A stretch of 64,000 nucleotides of DNA from Actinomycetospora sp. (GTDB lineage Bacteria; Actinomycetota; Actinomycetes; Mycobacteriales; Pseudonocardiaceae). Below, piece after piece: positions 26,666 to 36,777 of the stretch. Both the position numbers and the translations under genes were made by a program. Location of the stretch: NCBI GenBank assembly GCA_029266415.1, contig JAQSWW010000007.1:1035-65034 (forward strand), in the 5' to 3' direction. How positions within the stretch are numbered: the first letter of the stretch is position 1; the number at the start of each line of letters is the position of its first letter. The notes beneath the pieces are model-generated. The model searched no databases and was not told the origin of the DNA. It was given only the letters and a program-made list of their open reading frames with translations.

Positions 26666-27430
26666 ATGCAGACACGCGTCGATCTCAACGCCGACGCCGG
26701 CGAGAGCCTGGGGCGCTGGAAGCTCGGGCACGACAGCGAGCTGATGGCCCACGTGACCTCGGTGAACGTCGCCTGCGGCTACCACGCGAGCGATCCGGTG
26801 ACCATGCGCGAGTCGGTGCGCACCGCCGTCGCGACCGGCACCGCGATCGGCGCGCACCCCGGCCTGCCCGACCTCGTCGGCTTCGGCCGGCGGCGCATGG
26901 CGCTGCGTCCCGACGAGGCCGCCCAGCTCGTGCTCTACCAGACGGGCGCCCTGCAGGCGACGGCCCGCGCGGAGGGCGCGGAGGTCGTGCACGTCAAGCC
27001 GCACGGCGCGCTCTACGGCATGGCGCTCACCGACGACGCGATCACCACCGCGATCACCGAGGCCGTGCTGCGCCTCGACCCGGACCTCATGATCTTCTGG
27101 CTCGCCGGGCCCACCGCCGACCTCGCGCGCTCCCTGGGCGCGACGGTGGCGCGCGAGGGCTTCGCCGACCTCGACTACGACGACGAGGGCCGCATCATCG
27201 TCGAGCCCGAGCCCAAGGCGAAGGACCCCGACGTCGTCGCCCAGCAGGCCGTCGACCTGCTCGAGGGGCACGTGACGTCGACGTCGGGCAAGCACCTCGA
27301 CGTCGAGGTCGACACGATCTGCCTGCACGGCGACCGGCCCAACGCCGTCGAGATCTGCGAGTCGCTGGTGCGGCGCCTCGACGACCTGGGCGTGGAGCGC
27401 GTGCCGGCCGGTCAGTTGTTGCGAGGCTGA
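26666..27430 (+). CDS. pxpA: 5-oxoprolinase subunit A (LamB/YcsF)
   Basis: DLNADAGES, NVACGYHASDP, GAHPGLPDLVGFGRR, HVKPHGALY, DTICLHGD. Confidence 0.9.
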   Translation: MQTRVDLNADAGESLGRWKLGHDSELMAHVTSVNVACGYHASDPVTMRESVRTAVATGTAIGAHPGLPDLVGFGRRRMALRPDEAAQLVLYQTGALQATARAEGAEVVHVKPHGALYGMALTDDAITTAITEAVLRLDPDLMIFWLAGPTADLARSLGATVAREGFADLDYDDEGRIIVEPEPKAKDPDVVAQQAVDLLEGHVTSTSGKHLDVEVDTICLHGDRPNAVEICESLVRRLDDLGVERVPAGQLLRG

Positions 27431-28401
27431 GGCGCCAGCGCCTCGAGGATGTGGTCGAGCTCGTCGACGGGGCGTCCCGGCGGCAGGACGATCGCCGGTT
27501 CCTCGGCGCCGGCGGCCCGCCAGCGCTCGAGTGCCGCGCGGCCCTGCGTGGCGTCGCCGTGGATCGTGAGCTCGTCGAGGAGCACCTCGGCGCCCTCCGG
27601 AACGTCGGTGGTGCGCCCGGTGGGACGGGCGGCGACGACCTCGTCGACGGCGGCACCGAGACCGTGCGCGCGCAGTGTCCGCGGGTAGAGCGGGCCCATC
27701 GCGGTCAGGTAGAAGGCGACCCACCACCAGGCCGTCGCGCGGCTGACCGCCGGGTCGTCGGCGACGGCGGCCGGAACGGCGGGACACACGACGGGGCGGT
27801 CGTCCCGCCCGGCGTGCGCGGCGCCTTCCCGCACCCCGTCGGCGAGGCGCCCGAGACCGGACACGGGCACGAAGAACGGATCCCACCCGTCGGCGAGCTC
27901 GCCGGCCCGGCGGACCGAGCGCGGGCCGAGGGCGGCGAGGTGGAGGGCCACGTCGGGGCACGGCGGGACGCCGAGCCGCAGACCCCTCGCGCCCGTGGTC
28001 GGCTCCAGGCGCTCACCCCGCAGCAGCCTGCGGACCTGCACGGTGACCGCCGCGAGGTGCTCCACCGGCCGGTCGAACGGGACGTCGTGGAGACCCTCGG
28101 CCAACGCCGGGCTCCCCGCGCCGAGGCCGAGCCGGAAGCGTCCGCCCGAGACGGCGTCCAGGCTGGCCGCGAGCATCGCGATCGTCCCGGCGCTGCGGCC
28201 CCACGTGTTCATCACGCCGATCCCGAGGCCGATCCGTTCGGTCACCCCGGCCACCTCGGCCAGCAGGACGCCGACGTCCCATCCCCAGGCCTCGGCGACG
28301 GAGAACGTGCCGTAACCCAGCTCCTCGGCGCGGCGGGCGAGGTGCAGCACGACCTCGCGACGCGTCTCCATCGGCGTCAGCCCCACGCCCAGGGCGGTCA
28401 C
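27412..28401 (-). CDS. LLM-class flavin-dependent oxidoreductase
   Basis: AEELGY, SLDAVSGGRFRLGLG, AALGPRSVRRAGELADGW. Confidence 0.85.
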   Translation of the reverse strand: MTALGVGLTPMETRREVVLHLARRAEELGYGTFSVAEAWGWDVGVLLAEVAGVTERIGLGIGVMNTWGRSAGTIAMLAASLDAVSGGRFRLGLGAGSPALAEGLHDVPFDRPVEHLAAVTVQVRRLLRGERLEPTTGARGLRLGVPPCPDVALHLAALGPRSVRRAGELADGWDPFFVPVSGLGRLADGVREGAAHAGRDDRPVVCPAVPAAVADDPAVSRATAWWWVAFYLTAMGPLYPRTLRAHGLGAAVDEVVAARPTGRTTDVPEGAEVLLDELTIHGDATQGRAALERWRAAGAEEPAIVLPPGRPVDELDHILEALAPQPRNN

Positions 28402-28516
28402 GGTGCCCACGTCCGCCGACGCTAGCGTGACCCAGGTCACCGAGGAACGACCAGCGCGTACGCGTCCGGTCACCCCGCGCACACCGTCACCGCCGGCGCG
28501 CGAGGCCCGCGATCCG

Positions 28517-28942
28517 TCAGAGGCCGATCAGGTGCCACATGATCAGGCCGTGCACGTCCTGGGCCTCCTCGGGCGAGGTGCAGCTGACCTCGTACTGAGT
28601 GCGCCCCACCTTGATCCCCACCACCGTCGCCTCGGTGATCGGCTGGTCCGCGGCCGTGATGTAGGAGCAGCAGACGATCTGCCGGAGCGGCACCGACGTC
28701 AACGCGACCCGGCCCTCGGCGTACTGCCCGTCCATGAGCAGCACGCGCCGGTTGGTGATCCCGACGAGGGCGGTGGGCCCCCGCCGATCGCCGAAGATCC
28801 CGTAGATCTGCTCGCCCTCCAGCATGTCGCGTCGGATGGCCTCGACGCCCGGGCCGTGGGCGGGGACGAAGCCGACGCGCTGCCCGGGCCGAACGGGTCC
28901 GGCGAGCTGACCGAAGAGGCCGGTACGACTCTGGAGCGACAC
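28517..28942 (-). CDS. Bacterial PH-domain-like protein
   Basis: LEGEQI...GITNRRVLLMD...SVPLRQI pattern; RBS GAGGAGG. Confidence 0.6.
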   Translation of the reverse strand: MSLQSRTGLFGQLAGPVRPGQRVGFVPAHGPGVEAIRRDMLEGEQIYGIFGDRRGPTALVGITNRRVLLMDGQYAEGRVALTSVPLRQIVCCSYITAADQPITEATVVGIKVGRTQYEVSCTSPEEAQDVHGLIMWHLIGL

Positions 28943-29072
28943 GATCCCTCCTCGGGAGCGCGGTGCGCGACACTTCGTCACGTGTCGCTCACGTAGTGTG
29001 CGCGCGCCTGCCCACGATCTCCAGGGTCCGGGCGTTCCCGACCGGGAGATTGGGTTCCGCGGGCGAGCACCA

Positions 29073-30473
29073 CTACTCCGAGTGACCCACGTCCGCCCGG
29101 CGAAGCCACGCCTCCAGGGTGGTGATGTCGTAGGTGCCGTCGACGACCGCGGGGTGGTCGAGCAGGCGGCGGTGCAGGCCGATCGTCGTCGGCAGGCCCT
29201 GCACGCGGTACTCCGCCAGCGCCCGGCGACCGCGGGCCAGGGCCTGCTCGCGGGTCGGCGCCCAGACCGCGAGCTTGGCCACCAGTGAGTCGTAGAACGG
29301 GGGGACGACGTCGCCGGCCATGAGCGCGGTGTCGACGCGCACCCCGGGCCCGCCCGGGAGCTCGAGACCGGTCACCTCCCCCGGCGAGGGCATGAAGTCC
29401 TGGCCGGGGTCCTCCGCGTTGACCCGGAACTCGATCGACGCGCCGCGGCACACCACCTCGTCCTGGGTCACCGACAGCGGCGCCCCGCCCGCGACGCGCA
29501 GCTGCTCGGCGACGAGGTCGAGCCCGGTGACCCACTCGGTGATCGGGTGCTCGACCTGGATGCGGGTGTTCATCTCGATGAAGAAGAACTCGCCGCCCTC
29601 GACGAGGAACTCCACCGTCCCCGCGCCGACGTAGCCCACCTCGCGCGCCAGGTCCACGGCCGCGGCGCACAGCGACTCGCGCACCGACGGGTCGAGCCCC
29701 GGCGCCGGCGCCTCCTCGAGGATCTTCTGGCGCCGCCGCTGCAGCGAGCACTCCCGCTCGTAGCAGTGGACGACGCCGCCGTGGGTGTCGGCGAGCACCT
29801 GCACCTCGACGTGCTTGGGGCCCTGCAGTGCGCGCTCGAGGTAGACCTTGTCCGACCCGAACGCCGACGCCGCCTCGCGCTGGGCCTCGGCCACCACGGT
29901 GCGCAGCTCGTCGGCCGACGCCGCCGGGCGGATGCCCCGCCCGCCACCGCCCGCCGACGCCTTGACCAGCACCGGGTAGCCGACCTCCTCGGCCGCGGCC
30001 ACCGCGTCCTCGACCGACGCGACCTCGTCGCTGCCCGGCACCACGGGGACCCCCGCCCGCCGGGCCAGCGCGCGCGCCGAGGCCTTGTCGCCCATCGTCG
30101 CGATCACCGACGACGGCGGCCCCACGAAGGTCAGGCCCGCCTCCTCGATCGCCGCCGCGAACGACGGGCGCTCGGAGAGGAAGCCGTAGCCGGGGTGTAC
30201 CGCGTCGACGCCCGCCGAGCGCGCGGCCTCCAGGATCGCGTCCTCGTTCAGGTAGCTCTTCGACGCCGACGACTTCCCGACGTGCACCGCGTCGTCGGCC
30301 ATCCGCACGTGCGCCGCCTGCGCGTCGGCGTCGGAGTACACGGCGACCGACCGGATGCCCAGCTCGCGGCAGGCCCGCACGACCCGCAGCGCGATCTCAC
30401 CGCGGTTCGCGACCAGGACGGAATCCAGGCTCCCTCGATGCGGCAGCTCTGCTCCGCTCCGTGCCGCGGTCAC
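29073..30473 (-). CDS. Biotin carboxylase (ATP-grasp)
   Basis: VLVANRGEIA, HPGYGFLSE, KASAGGGGRG, ECSLQRRRQK, FIEMNTRIQVEH. Confidence 0.92.
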   Translation of the reverse strand: MTAARSGAELPHRGSLDSVLVANRGEIALRVVRACRELGIRSVAVYSDADAQAAHVRMADDAVHVGKSSASKSYLNEDAILEAARSAGVDAVHPGYGFLSERPSFAAAIEEAGLTFVGPPSSVIATMGDKASARALARRAGVPVVPGSDEVASVEDAVAAAEEVGYPVLVKASAGGGGRGIRPAASADELRTVVAEAQREAASAFGSDKVYLERALQGPKHVEVQVLADTHGGVVHCYERECSLQRRRQKILEEAPAPGLDPSVRESLCAAAVDLAREVGYVGAGTVEFLVEGGEFFFIEMNTRIQVEHPITEWVTGLDLVAEQLRVAGGAPLSVTQDEVVCRGASIEFRVNAEDPGQDFMPSPGEVTGLELPGGPGVRVDTALMAGDVVPPFYDSLVAKLAVWAPTREQALARGRRALAEYRVQGLPTTIGLHRRLLDHPAVVDGTYDITTLEAWLRRADVGHSE

Positions 30474-30712
30474 GTCTCCAGCTCGACCAGGTCCTGGCCG
30501 ATCGTCACCTCGTCCTCGTTCTCGACGAGGAACTTGGACACGGTCCCCGTGGCGTCGGCCTTGACCTCGTGGAACGTCTTCATGACCTCGACGAGGCCCA
30601 CCGTGTCGCCCTCGGACACCGACGCGCCCTCCGTCACGTAGGGCTCCGCGTCGGGCGACGGCCGGTGGTAGAAGACGCCCGGCGTGCGGGACGTGATGGT
30701 GTGGCTGCCCAC
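30470..30712 (-). CDS. Biotin carboxyl carrier protein (stand-alone biotinyl domain)
   Basis: PGVFYHRPSP, EVMKTF biotinylation motif; overlaps the carboxylase start. Confidence 0.85.
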   Translation of the reverse strand: MGSHTITSRTPGVFYHRPSPDAEPYVTEGASVSEGDTVGLVEVMKTFHEVKADATGTVSKFLVENEDEVTIGQDLVELET

Positions 30713-30725
30713 GACGAGGAACCCC

Positions 30726-31697
30726 CTAGGTGAGAGCGGAACGGATACGGTCGAGCGCGCCGAGACGGTCCCGGCGGACCTCCAGCGCCCCGTCGAGGTC
30801 GACGCGCACGAAGCGCGTCTTGTCGCCGGTCTTGGTCTGGGCGAGCCGGTCACGGTCGACGCTGACGACGGTGCCGAGCGTCGCGTAGCCGCCGCCGGTC
30901 ACCGCGTCCTGCAGGAGCACGATCGGCTCGACCCCGCCCGGGACCTGCACCGACCCCACCGGGTAGCCGCAGTCGGTGACGTTGGCGGGGTCGCTGCCCG
31001 CACCGAAGGGCTGCTCGCGCGGCACGAACTCCAGTTCGGCGCCGCGGAACCGGTAGCCGACGCGGTTGGCGTCCGGGGTCACCTTCCACTCGGTGTCGGT
31101 GAACCGCGCGAGCGAGTCGTCGGTGAGCCGATAGCTGTGCAGCCCGACCAGCAGGTGCACCTCGGCGGTCGACGGGTGCACGGGCACGTCGCCCGCGTCG
31201 AGCCGCCGGCCCGCCTTCGGGTCGCGCGCGTCGGAACCGATCGCCAGCTCGTCGCCGGCGCGCAGCGCGCGGCCCTCGAAGCCCCCGATGCCGACGAGCG
31301 TGTAGGTCGAGCGGCTGCCGTAGTACAGCGGCACGTCGATGCCGCCCGCGACCGCGACGTAGGGCCGGGCGCCGCTGCGCAGCTGCCCGAACGAGAGCAC
31401 CGAGCCGGAGGAGACGGCCACCGACTCCCAGGTCGGGATCTCCTCGCCGTCGACGAACGCCGGGATGTCGGCGCCCGTCACGGCGATGACCGTGTCCTGC
31501 GTGAACTCCAAGGTCGGGCCGAGGTAGACCGCCTCCAGCGCCGCGGCCCCCGGCTCGTTGCCGACCAGCGCGTTGCCCACGTGGTAGGCGAACGAGTCGA
31601 GCGCGCCCGAGGGCGGGAAGCCGATGCTGTAGTAGCCGAGCCGTCCGGTGTCCTGGACCGTGGTCTCCAGGCCGGGGTCCTGCACGCGGATCGTCAT
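30726..31697 (-). CDS. pxpC: 5-oxoprolinase subunit C / carboxyltransferase (AHS2) domain
   Basis: TTVQDTGR, GSRSTY, NRVGYR, GSVQVP, TGGGY. Confidence 0.85.
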   Translation of the reverse strand: MTIRVQDPGLETTVQDTGRLGYYSIGFPPSGALDSFAYHVGNALVGNEPGAAALEAVYLGPTLEFTQDTVIAVTGADIPAFVDGEEIPTWESVAVSSGSVLSFGQLRSGARPYVAVAGGIDVPLYYGSRSTYTLVGIGGFEGRALRAGDELAIGSDARDPKAGRRLDAGDVPVHPSTAEVHLLVGLHSYRLTDDSLARFTDTEWKVTPDANRVGYRFRGAELEFVPREQPFGAGSDPANVTDCGYPVGSVQVPGGVEPIVLLQDAVTGGGYATLGTVVSVDRDRLAQTKTGDKTRFVRVDLDGALEVRRDRLGALDRIRSALT

Positions 31698-32593
31698 CCG
31701 TACAGCACCTCCTTCATCGCGGCGTTGGTGCCGTCCGGGTCGGCGAGGAACCGGCTCGGGGAGAACTCCAGCTCCTTGTACGAGTACCTCCACGTGCCCG
31801 CGTCGACCTGCGCGCGCACGTCGTCGTACTCCTCCTGGTCGACGCGCCGGTAGTTGATCACGTCGCCGTGCCGGAAGAACACCACCGAGTCGTTCTCGGC
31901 GAAGTCCGGCAGACGCTGCTCGCCGTCGAAGATCGGCGCGGGCGCCGAGCCGAAGAGCTGGTAGCCGCCGGCGCCCTTCACCGGGTAGATCACGGCGAAC
32001 GCCCCACCGAACCCGAACGCCCGCTCGGGGGTCTCGGTGCGCGGGCGCACGTACTTGGGCACCTCGACCTGCCGTTCCCGGGGCACCAGTTGGAAGCACC
32101 ACGGCAGGCCGGGGACGAAGCCCATCATCGTCACCAGGTACGGCGACGCGGCGAGCGCGTCGATGAACGCCTCGGTGGTGTCGTAGCCGTTGATGCGCGC
32201 GCCGTAGTCGAGGTCGGTGCCGTTCGGGTCCTGGTGACGGTCGCGGAACTTCATGAGGACCTCGTGGGTCCACGGGTCGTTCAGCATGATCGGGACGTCG
32301 ACGATGCGCGTCGCGACCGTCAGGTCCTCCGCGTGGCCCCCGACCTCGTCCTCGATGCGCTGCAGCTCGCGCACGAGGTCGCGCGGGTGCAGCCGGTCCG
32401 GGTCGACGCGGACCATGTAGGAGGCGTTGGACGGGCAGATCTCCTCGACCCCGGGAATGGCCTCCTCGGCGAGCCGCCGGGTGATCCCGAGGGACGTGAA
32501 GTGCACCGGCAGGCTCATCGCCGCGGAGAGCTCGACGTAGACGAACTCGTCGCCGCCGTGGTCGTAACGCGTCTCGGTCTCGGTGGCGGTCAC
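31694..32593 (-). CDS. pxpB: 5-oxoprolinase subunit B / carboxyltransferase (AHS1) domain
   Basis: MMGFVPGLP, VPKYVRPRTETP, IYPVKGAGGYQLFG. Confidence 0.82.
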   Translation of the reverse strand: MTATETETRYDHGGDEFVYVELSAAMSLPVHFTSLGITRRLAEEAIPGVEEICPSNASYMVRVDPDRLHPRDLVRELQRIEDEVGGHAEDLTVATRIVDVPIMLNDPWTHEVLMKFRDRHQDPNGTDLDYGARINGYDTTEAFIDALAASPYLVTMMGFVPGLPWCFQLVPRERQVEVPKYVRPRTETPERAFGFGGAFAVIYPVKGAGGYQLFGSAPAPIFDGEQRLPDFAENDSVVFFRHGDVINYRRVDQEEYDDVRAQVDAGTWRYSYKELEFSPSRFLADPDGTNAAMKEVLYG

Positions 32594-32597
32594 GAGA

Positions 32598-34967
32598 TCA
32601 CACCTTGGCCGCGTCGGTGATCGCGCGCCAGACCCGCTGGGGGGTCAACGGCATGTCGAGGTGCGTCACGCCGCGGGCGGCCAGCGCGTCGATCGCCGCG
32701 TTGACCACCGCGGGCGACGACCCGATCGCCCCGGACTCGCCGATCCCCTTCGCGCCCAGCGGGTTGGTGGGCGACGGGGTGATCGTCTGGTCGAGGTCGA
32801 CGGCCGGGAGGTCGGGCGCGGCGGGCACCGCGTAGTCGGCCAGCGTCGCCGCCGTCGGCTGACCCGCGTCGTCGAACGTCGCCTGTTCGTAGAGCGCCTG
32901 CCCGATGCCCTGGGCGATGCCGCCGTGCAGCTGCCCGTCGACGATCTGCGGGTTGACGATGCGCCCGCAGTCGTCGACGGCGACGAAGCGCCGAATCCTC
33001 GTCATCCCGGTCTCGGTGTCGACCTCGACCACGGCGATGTGCGTGCCGAACGGCCAGGTGAAGTTCGGCGGGTCGAAGTGGTGGTCGGCGGTGAGGTTGG
33101 GCTCCATGCCCTCGGGAAGGTTCGCCGCGCGCGACGCGGTGAACGCGACGTCCTGGATGGTCACGCCCGGCCCCGACGTGCCGGCCACGGAGAACACACC
33201 GTCGCTGAACTGCAGGTCGTCCTCGGAGGCCTCGAGCAGGTGGGCGGCGATCAGGCGCGCCTTCGCCACCACCTTCTCCGCGGCGCCGTACACCGCGGTG
33301 CCGCCCACGGCGAGGCTGCGCGAGCCGTAGGTGTCGCGGCCGAACGGGGCGACCATCGTGTCGGAGTGGAACACCTCCACGTCGGCGGGATCGATGCCCA
33401 GGCTGTCCGCGGTGATCTGGGCCCACGCCGTCTCGTGGCCCTGGCCGTGGGGGCTCGTGCCGGTGACGACCTCCGCCCGCCCCGCGGTGGTCATGCGGAC
33501 CGTCGCCGCCTCCCAGCCGCCGGTCTGCAGCCGCACGCCGGCCGCGACCTTGGACGGCGAGAGCCCGCCGGACTCGGTGAAGTTGCCGATGCCGACCCCG
33601 AGCTCGACGGACTCGCCGGCCGCGCGGAGCTGCGCCTGCTCGGCGCGCAGGTCGTCGTACCCGACGAGCTCGAGCGCCCGGCGCATTGCGCGCTCGTAGT
33701 CCCCGGAGTCGTACAGCACGCCCGAGGGGGCGGTGCGCGGCTCGTCGAACGGCGGGTGGAGGTTGCGCAGTCGCAGCTCGGCGGGGTCCATGTCCAGGGC
33801 GCGCGCGAGGTCGTCCATCACGCGCTCGTGGGCGTACGCGGCCTCCGAGCGCCCGGCGCCGCGGTAGGCGTCCGTGGGCGTCAGGTTGGTGAACACGCCG
33901 CGGCACTCGAAGTCGTAGGCGCCGAAGTCGTAGAGCCCGCAGTAGGTGAACGCGCCGAACACGGCGATGCCGGGCGTGAGCAGCTGCAGGTACGCGCCCA
34001 TGTCGGCGACGAGCCGCACCTTCATCCCGAGGATCTTGCCGTCGCGCGTGGCGCCGACGGTCATGTACTGGACCTGCCCGCGGCCGTGCGTCGTGGCGAC
34101 GTGGTGCTCCGAGCGGGTCTCGGTCCACTTCACCGGCCGCTTGAGCCGGCGCGCGAGGACCAGCGCCAGTGCCTCCTCCGCGTACACGTTGAGCTTGGCG
34201 CCGAAGCCGCCGCCGACGTCCGGGGCGACGACGCGCAGCTTGGTGTCGGAGATGCCGCAGATGGCGGCGAGGATGTCGCGCACGAAGTGCGGCACCTGCG
34301 TGGAGGTGTGGACGGTGAAGCCGCCGCCCACCGCGTCGGGGGTGACGACGACCGCGCGCGGCTCCATCGGCGAGGGGATCACGCGCTGCTGGACGTAGCG
34401 CCCCTCGACCACGACGTCGGCCTCGGCCAGGGCGGCGTCGACGTCGCCGACCGCGAGCGGCCAGGTGTAGCAGTGGTTGGTGCCGAACTGCTCGTGCACC
34501 AGCGGCGCCCCGGGTTCCAGGGCCGCCTCGATGTCGAACACCCCGGGCAGCTCGTCGTAGTCGACGACCACCAGCTCGGCGGCGTCGCGCGCGGCCGCCG
34601 CGTCCGTGGCCACCACGACCGCCACCGCGTCGCCGACGTGGTTGACCTCGTCCCGGGCCACCGGGAGGTGCTCGGGGACGAGGATGTCCTCGGTGACCGG
34701 CCAGCCGGTGGGGATGCCGGCGGCGAACTCGTTCGCGAGCTCGGGGCCGGTGAAGCCCGCGACGACGCCGGCGTGGGCGCGGGCGGCGGTCGTGTCCACC
34801 GCGGTGATCCGCGCGTGGGCCACCGGGCTGCGGACGAGGGCGAGGTGGACCGTGGTCGGCGGGACGATGTCGTCGGTCCACGTGCCGCGGCCGGTGATCA
34901 GCGCGGCGTCCTCGCGCCGCGGCAGGCTCTGTCCGACGTGGGTGGGCTTCGGGGCGGTCTGGGTCAC
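32598..34967 (-). CDS. Xanthine dehydrogenase-family molybdopterin subunit (form II CoxL/CutL-like)
   Basis: RREDAALITG, VGGGFGAK, AYRGAGR active-site loop, GQGHET, GQLHGGIAQGIGQAL, GAKGIGE. Confidence 0.9.
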   Translation of the reverse strand: MTQTAPKPTHVGQSLPRREDAALITGRGTWTDDIVPPTTVHLALVRSPVAHARITAVDTTAARAHAGVVAGFTGPELANEFAAGIPTGWPVTEDILVPEHLPVARDEVNHVGDAVAVVVATDAAAARDAAELVVVDYDELPGVFDIEAALEPGAPLVHEQFGTNHCYTWPLAVGDVDAALAEADVVVEGRYVQQRVIPSPMEPRAVVVTPDAVGGGFTVHTSTQVPHFVRDILAAICGISDTKLRVVAPDVGGGFGAKLNVYAEEALALVLARRLKRPVKWTETRSEHHVATTHGRGQVQYMTVGATRDGKILGMKVRLVADMGAYLQLLTPGIAVFGAFTYCGLYDFGAYDFECRGVFTNLTPTDAYRGAGRSEAAYAHERVMDDLARALDMDPAELRLRNLHPPFDEPRTAPSGVLYDSGDYERAMRRALELVGYDDLRAEQAQLRAAGESVELGVGIGNFTESGGLSPSKVAAGVRLQTGGWEAATVRMTTAGRAEVVTGTSPHGQGHETAWAQITADSLGIDPADVEVFHSDTMVAPFGRDTYGSRSLAVGGTAVYGAAEKVVAKARLIAAHLLEASEDDLQFSDGVFSVAGTSGPGVTIQDVAFTASRAANLPEGMEPNLTADHHFDPPNFTWPFGTHIAVVEVDTETGMTRIRRFVAVDDCGRIVNPQIVDGQLHGGIAQGIGQALYEQATFDDAGQPTAATLADYAVPAAPDLPAVDLDQTITPSPTNPLGAKGIGESGAIGSSPAVVNAAIDALAARGVTHLDMPLTPQRVWRAITDAAKV

Positions 34968-35241
34968 CGGGGGTGCTCCCTCGACGGTGGTGGAGTGATC
35001 TACCACACCGTTCCCTGTGCACGTCGTCCTGGGAAGGGGCCGTCAGGTGAGGGCAGGCCACCCTGATCTCGCGAGGCCCGAACGGGCTACCATGTGGGTG
35101 ATGTGTGTCACACAGGTGCCCGTTTCCGACCGACACGTCCGGGATCGGCCCAGGTCGCCACCCCCCGGGTGGCTCCCGCCGCCGCTCAGGACAGCCTTCG
35201 TTGCGTGGCGACGGCACCCACGGGCCCGCCACGATCACGAC

Positions 35242-35532
35242 ATGACGTCGATGCAGAGCCTGCCCACGGTCGGAAGCTGTTCCGCCACCTCGTGTGCCTA
35301 CAACGAGAGCTCGTCCTGCCACGCGGGCGCCATCACGGTCGCCGGCGACAACGCCGCGTGCGGCACCTTCGTGGAGATCTCGTTCCGCGGTGGCGTGGAC
35401 GCGGGCGGCGTGGTCGGCGCCTGCCACCGCTCGGAGTGCAAGTTCAACGACAAGCTCGAGTGCACCGCGTCGTCGGTGCGGATCGGCGCCGGCAAGGACG
35501 TCGCCGACTGCCTGACCTACGAGGCGCGGTAG
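35242..35532 (+). CDS. DUF1540-type Cys-rich protein (two repeats)
   Basis: CSATSCAYN...CHAGAITV...CGTF and CHRSECKFN...CTASSV...CLTY. Confidence 0.75.
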   Translation: MTSMQSLPTVGSCSATSCAYNESSSCHAGAITVAGDNAACGTFVEISFRGGVDAGGVVGACHRSECKFNDKLECTASSVRIGAGKDVADCLTYEAR

Positions 35533-35951
35533 AGCTCCTCGAGCAGCGGGGCGGCCTCCGCGGGCTCGAGCACGAGCCCGCGCATCGGGTCGGCCCGCAG
35601 CGTGCCGTCGGCCAGGGCCAGCGCGGCGACGCAGTCGTCGTCGTCCACCAGCACCGCCGCGCCCCGTGCGGCCACCGACGCGAGCGCGCCGAGGACGGCC
35701 CGCCGTCCGGCGGCGTCCAGCCCGTCGGTGATCCGGTCGACCAGCACGATCGCGGCGTCGCCGGTGTCCTCGAGACGCCGGCGACGCGTCGCGACGCCCT
35801 CGGTCGGGTCCGCACCCACCCGCCGCACCGTGACCGGTCCGCCGGAGCCCGCCGTGGCCGTCGTCGGGTCGAGCATGTCCATGAGGCGCCCGCGCACGAT
35901 CTGCTCGCCGAGCAGCACGGTGACCTCGCCCGTGGGCAGTCGCAGCGTCAT
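35517..35951 (-). CDS. Hypothetical protein resembling a degenerate C-terminal half of an ABC ATPase
   Basis: IVLVDRITDGLDAAGRR (Walker B/D-loop-like), GAAVLV...ALALAD; no Walker A. Confidence 0.5.
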   Translation of the reverse strand: MTLRLPTGEVTVLLGEQIVRGRLMDMLDPTTATAGSGGPVTVRRVGADPTEGVATRRRRLEDTGDAAIVLVDRITDGLDAAGRRAVLGALASVAARGAAVLVDDDDCVAALALADGTLRADPMRGLVLEPAEAAPLLEELYRAS

Positions 35952-36033
35952 CGCCGACCCTCCTCATTCGGTGAGGCGAGGCTAACCTCGCTTCCCCCCG
36001 CGCGTCGAGGCCCGATCGGTCACGCCGGATCGG

Positions 36034-36777
36034 TCACGCCTGGGCGCGCACCGCGCTCCAGACCGCCGTCGCGAAGGGCACGAGCACCGGATCGGTGCCC
36101 ACGCGCCGGGCGATCAGGTCCCGGGCGCGCTCCGCCACCTCGGCCTGCTCGTCGGGGGGCAGGACGAGCACGCTGGAGTAGGTGCCGAGCATGGCCACCA
36201 CGTCCCGCGCCGCCATCCACGTCGAGCGCCGGAACACCCGCACCGTGCCCGTCCCGAACGGCGCGCCGGCCGGGAGCGCCACCGCGAACCCGGACCGCAC
36301 GATCGGCGCCGAGCCCTGCTCGTCGGCGCGCCCGATGCGGCGCAGCTCGGCGACCCAGTCGACGTCCGGGTCGGCGAAGCTCCACAGCAGCCCCAGCACC
36401 CCGCCGGGACGCAGCACGCGGGCGATCTCGGCGGTCGCGCGCTCCGGCTCGAACCAGTGCCACGCCGACGCCGCGAGGACCGCGTCGACCGACGCCCCGG
36501 GCAGCGGGATGTCCTCGGCCGTGCCGGCCAGCACCCGCGCGCCGGGGCTGCGGGCGGACAGCACCGCGCGCATGGCCTCGTCGGGCTCGACGGCGACGAC
36601 GTCGGTGACGCCGACAGCGGCCAGCGAGCGGGACAGCAGCCCGGTGCCCGCGGCGAGGTCGAGCACGGCCGCGTCCGGCGACGGCAGCAGCTCCCGCAGC
36701 GCCTCGGGGACGGGCGCCGGCCGCAGCCGGTCGTACTCCTGCGCCGCGGCCCCGAACGAGCGGGCGCGGGCGGTCAC
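36034..36777 (-). CDS. Class I SAM-dependent methyltransferase
   Basis: RSFGAAAQEYDRLRP, VLDLAAGTG, AWHWF, RVLRPGG. Confidence 0.88.
   Translation of the reverse strand: MTARARSFGAAAQEYDRLRPAPVPEALRELLPSPDAAVLDLAAGTGLLSRSLAAVGVTDVVAVEPDEAMRAVLSARSPGARVLAGTAEDIPLPGASVDAVLAASAWHWFEPERATAEIARVLRPGGVLGLLWSFADPDVDWVAELRRIGRADEQGSAPIVRSGFAVALPAGAPFGTGTVRVFRRSTWMAARDVVAMLGTYSSVLVLPPDEQAEVAERARDLIARRVGTDPVLVPFATAVWSAVRAQA

Noticed and set aside
32598-34967. True aerobic CO dehydrogenase
   Set aside because: Active-site loop is AYRGAGR rather than AYxCSFR, and coxM/coxS and accessory genes are absent
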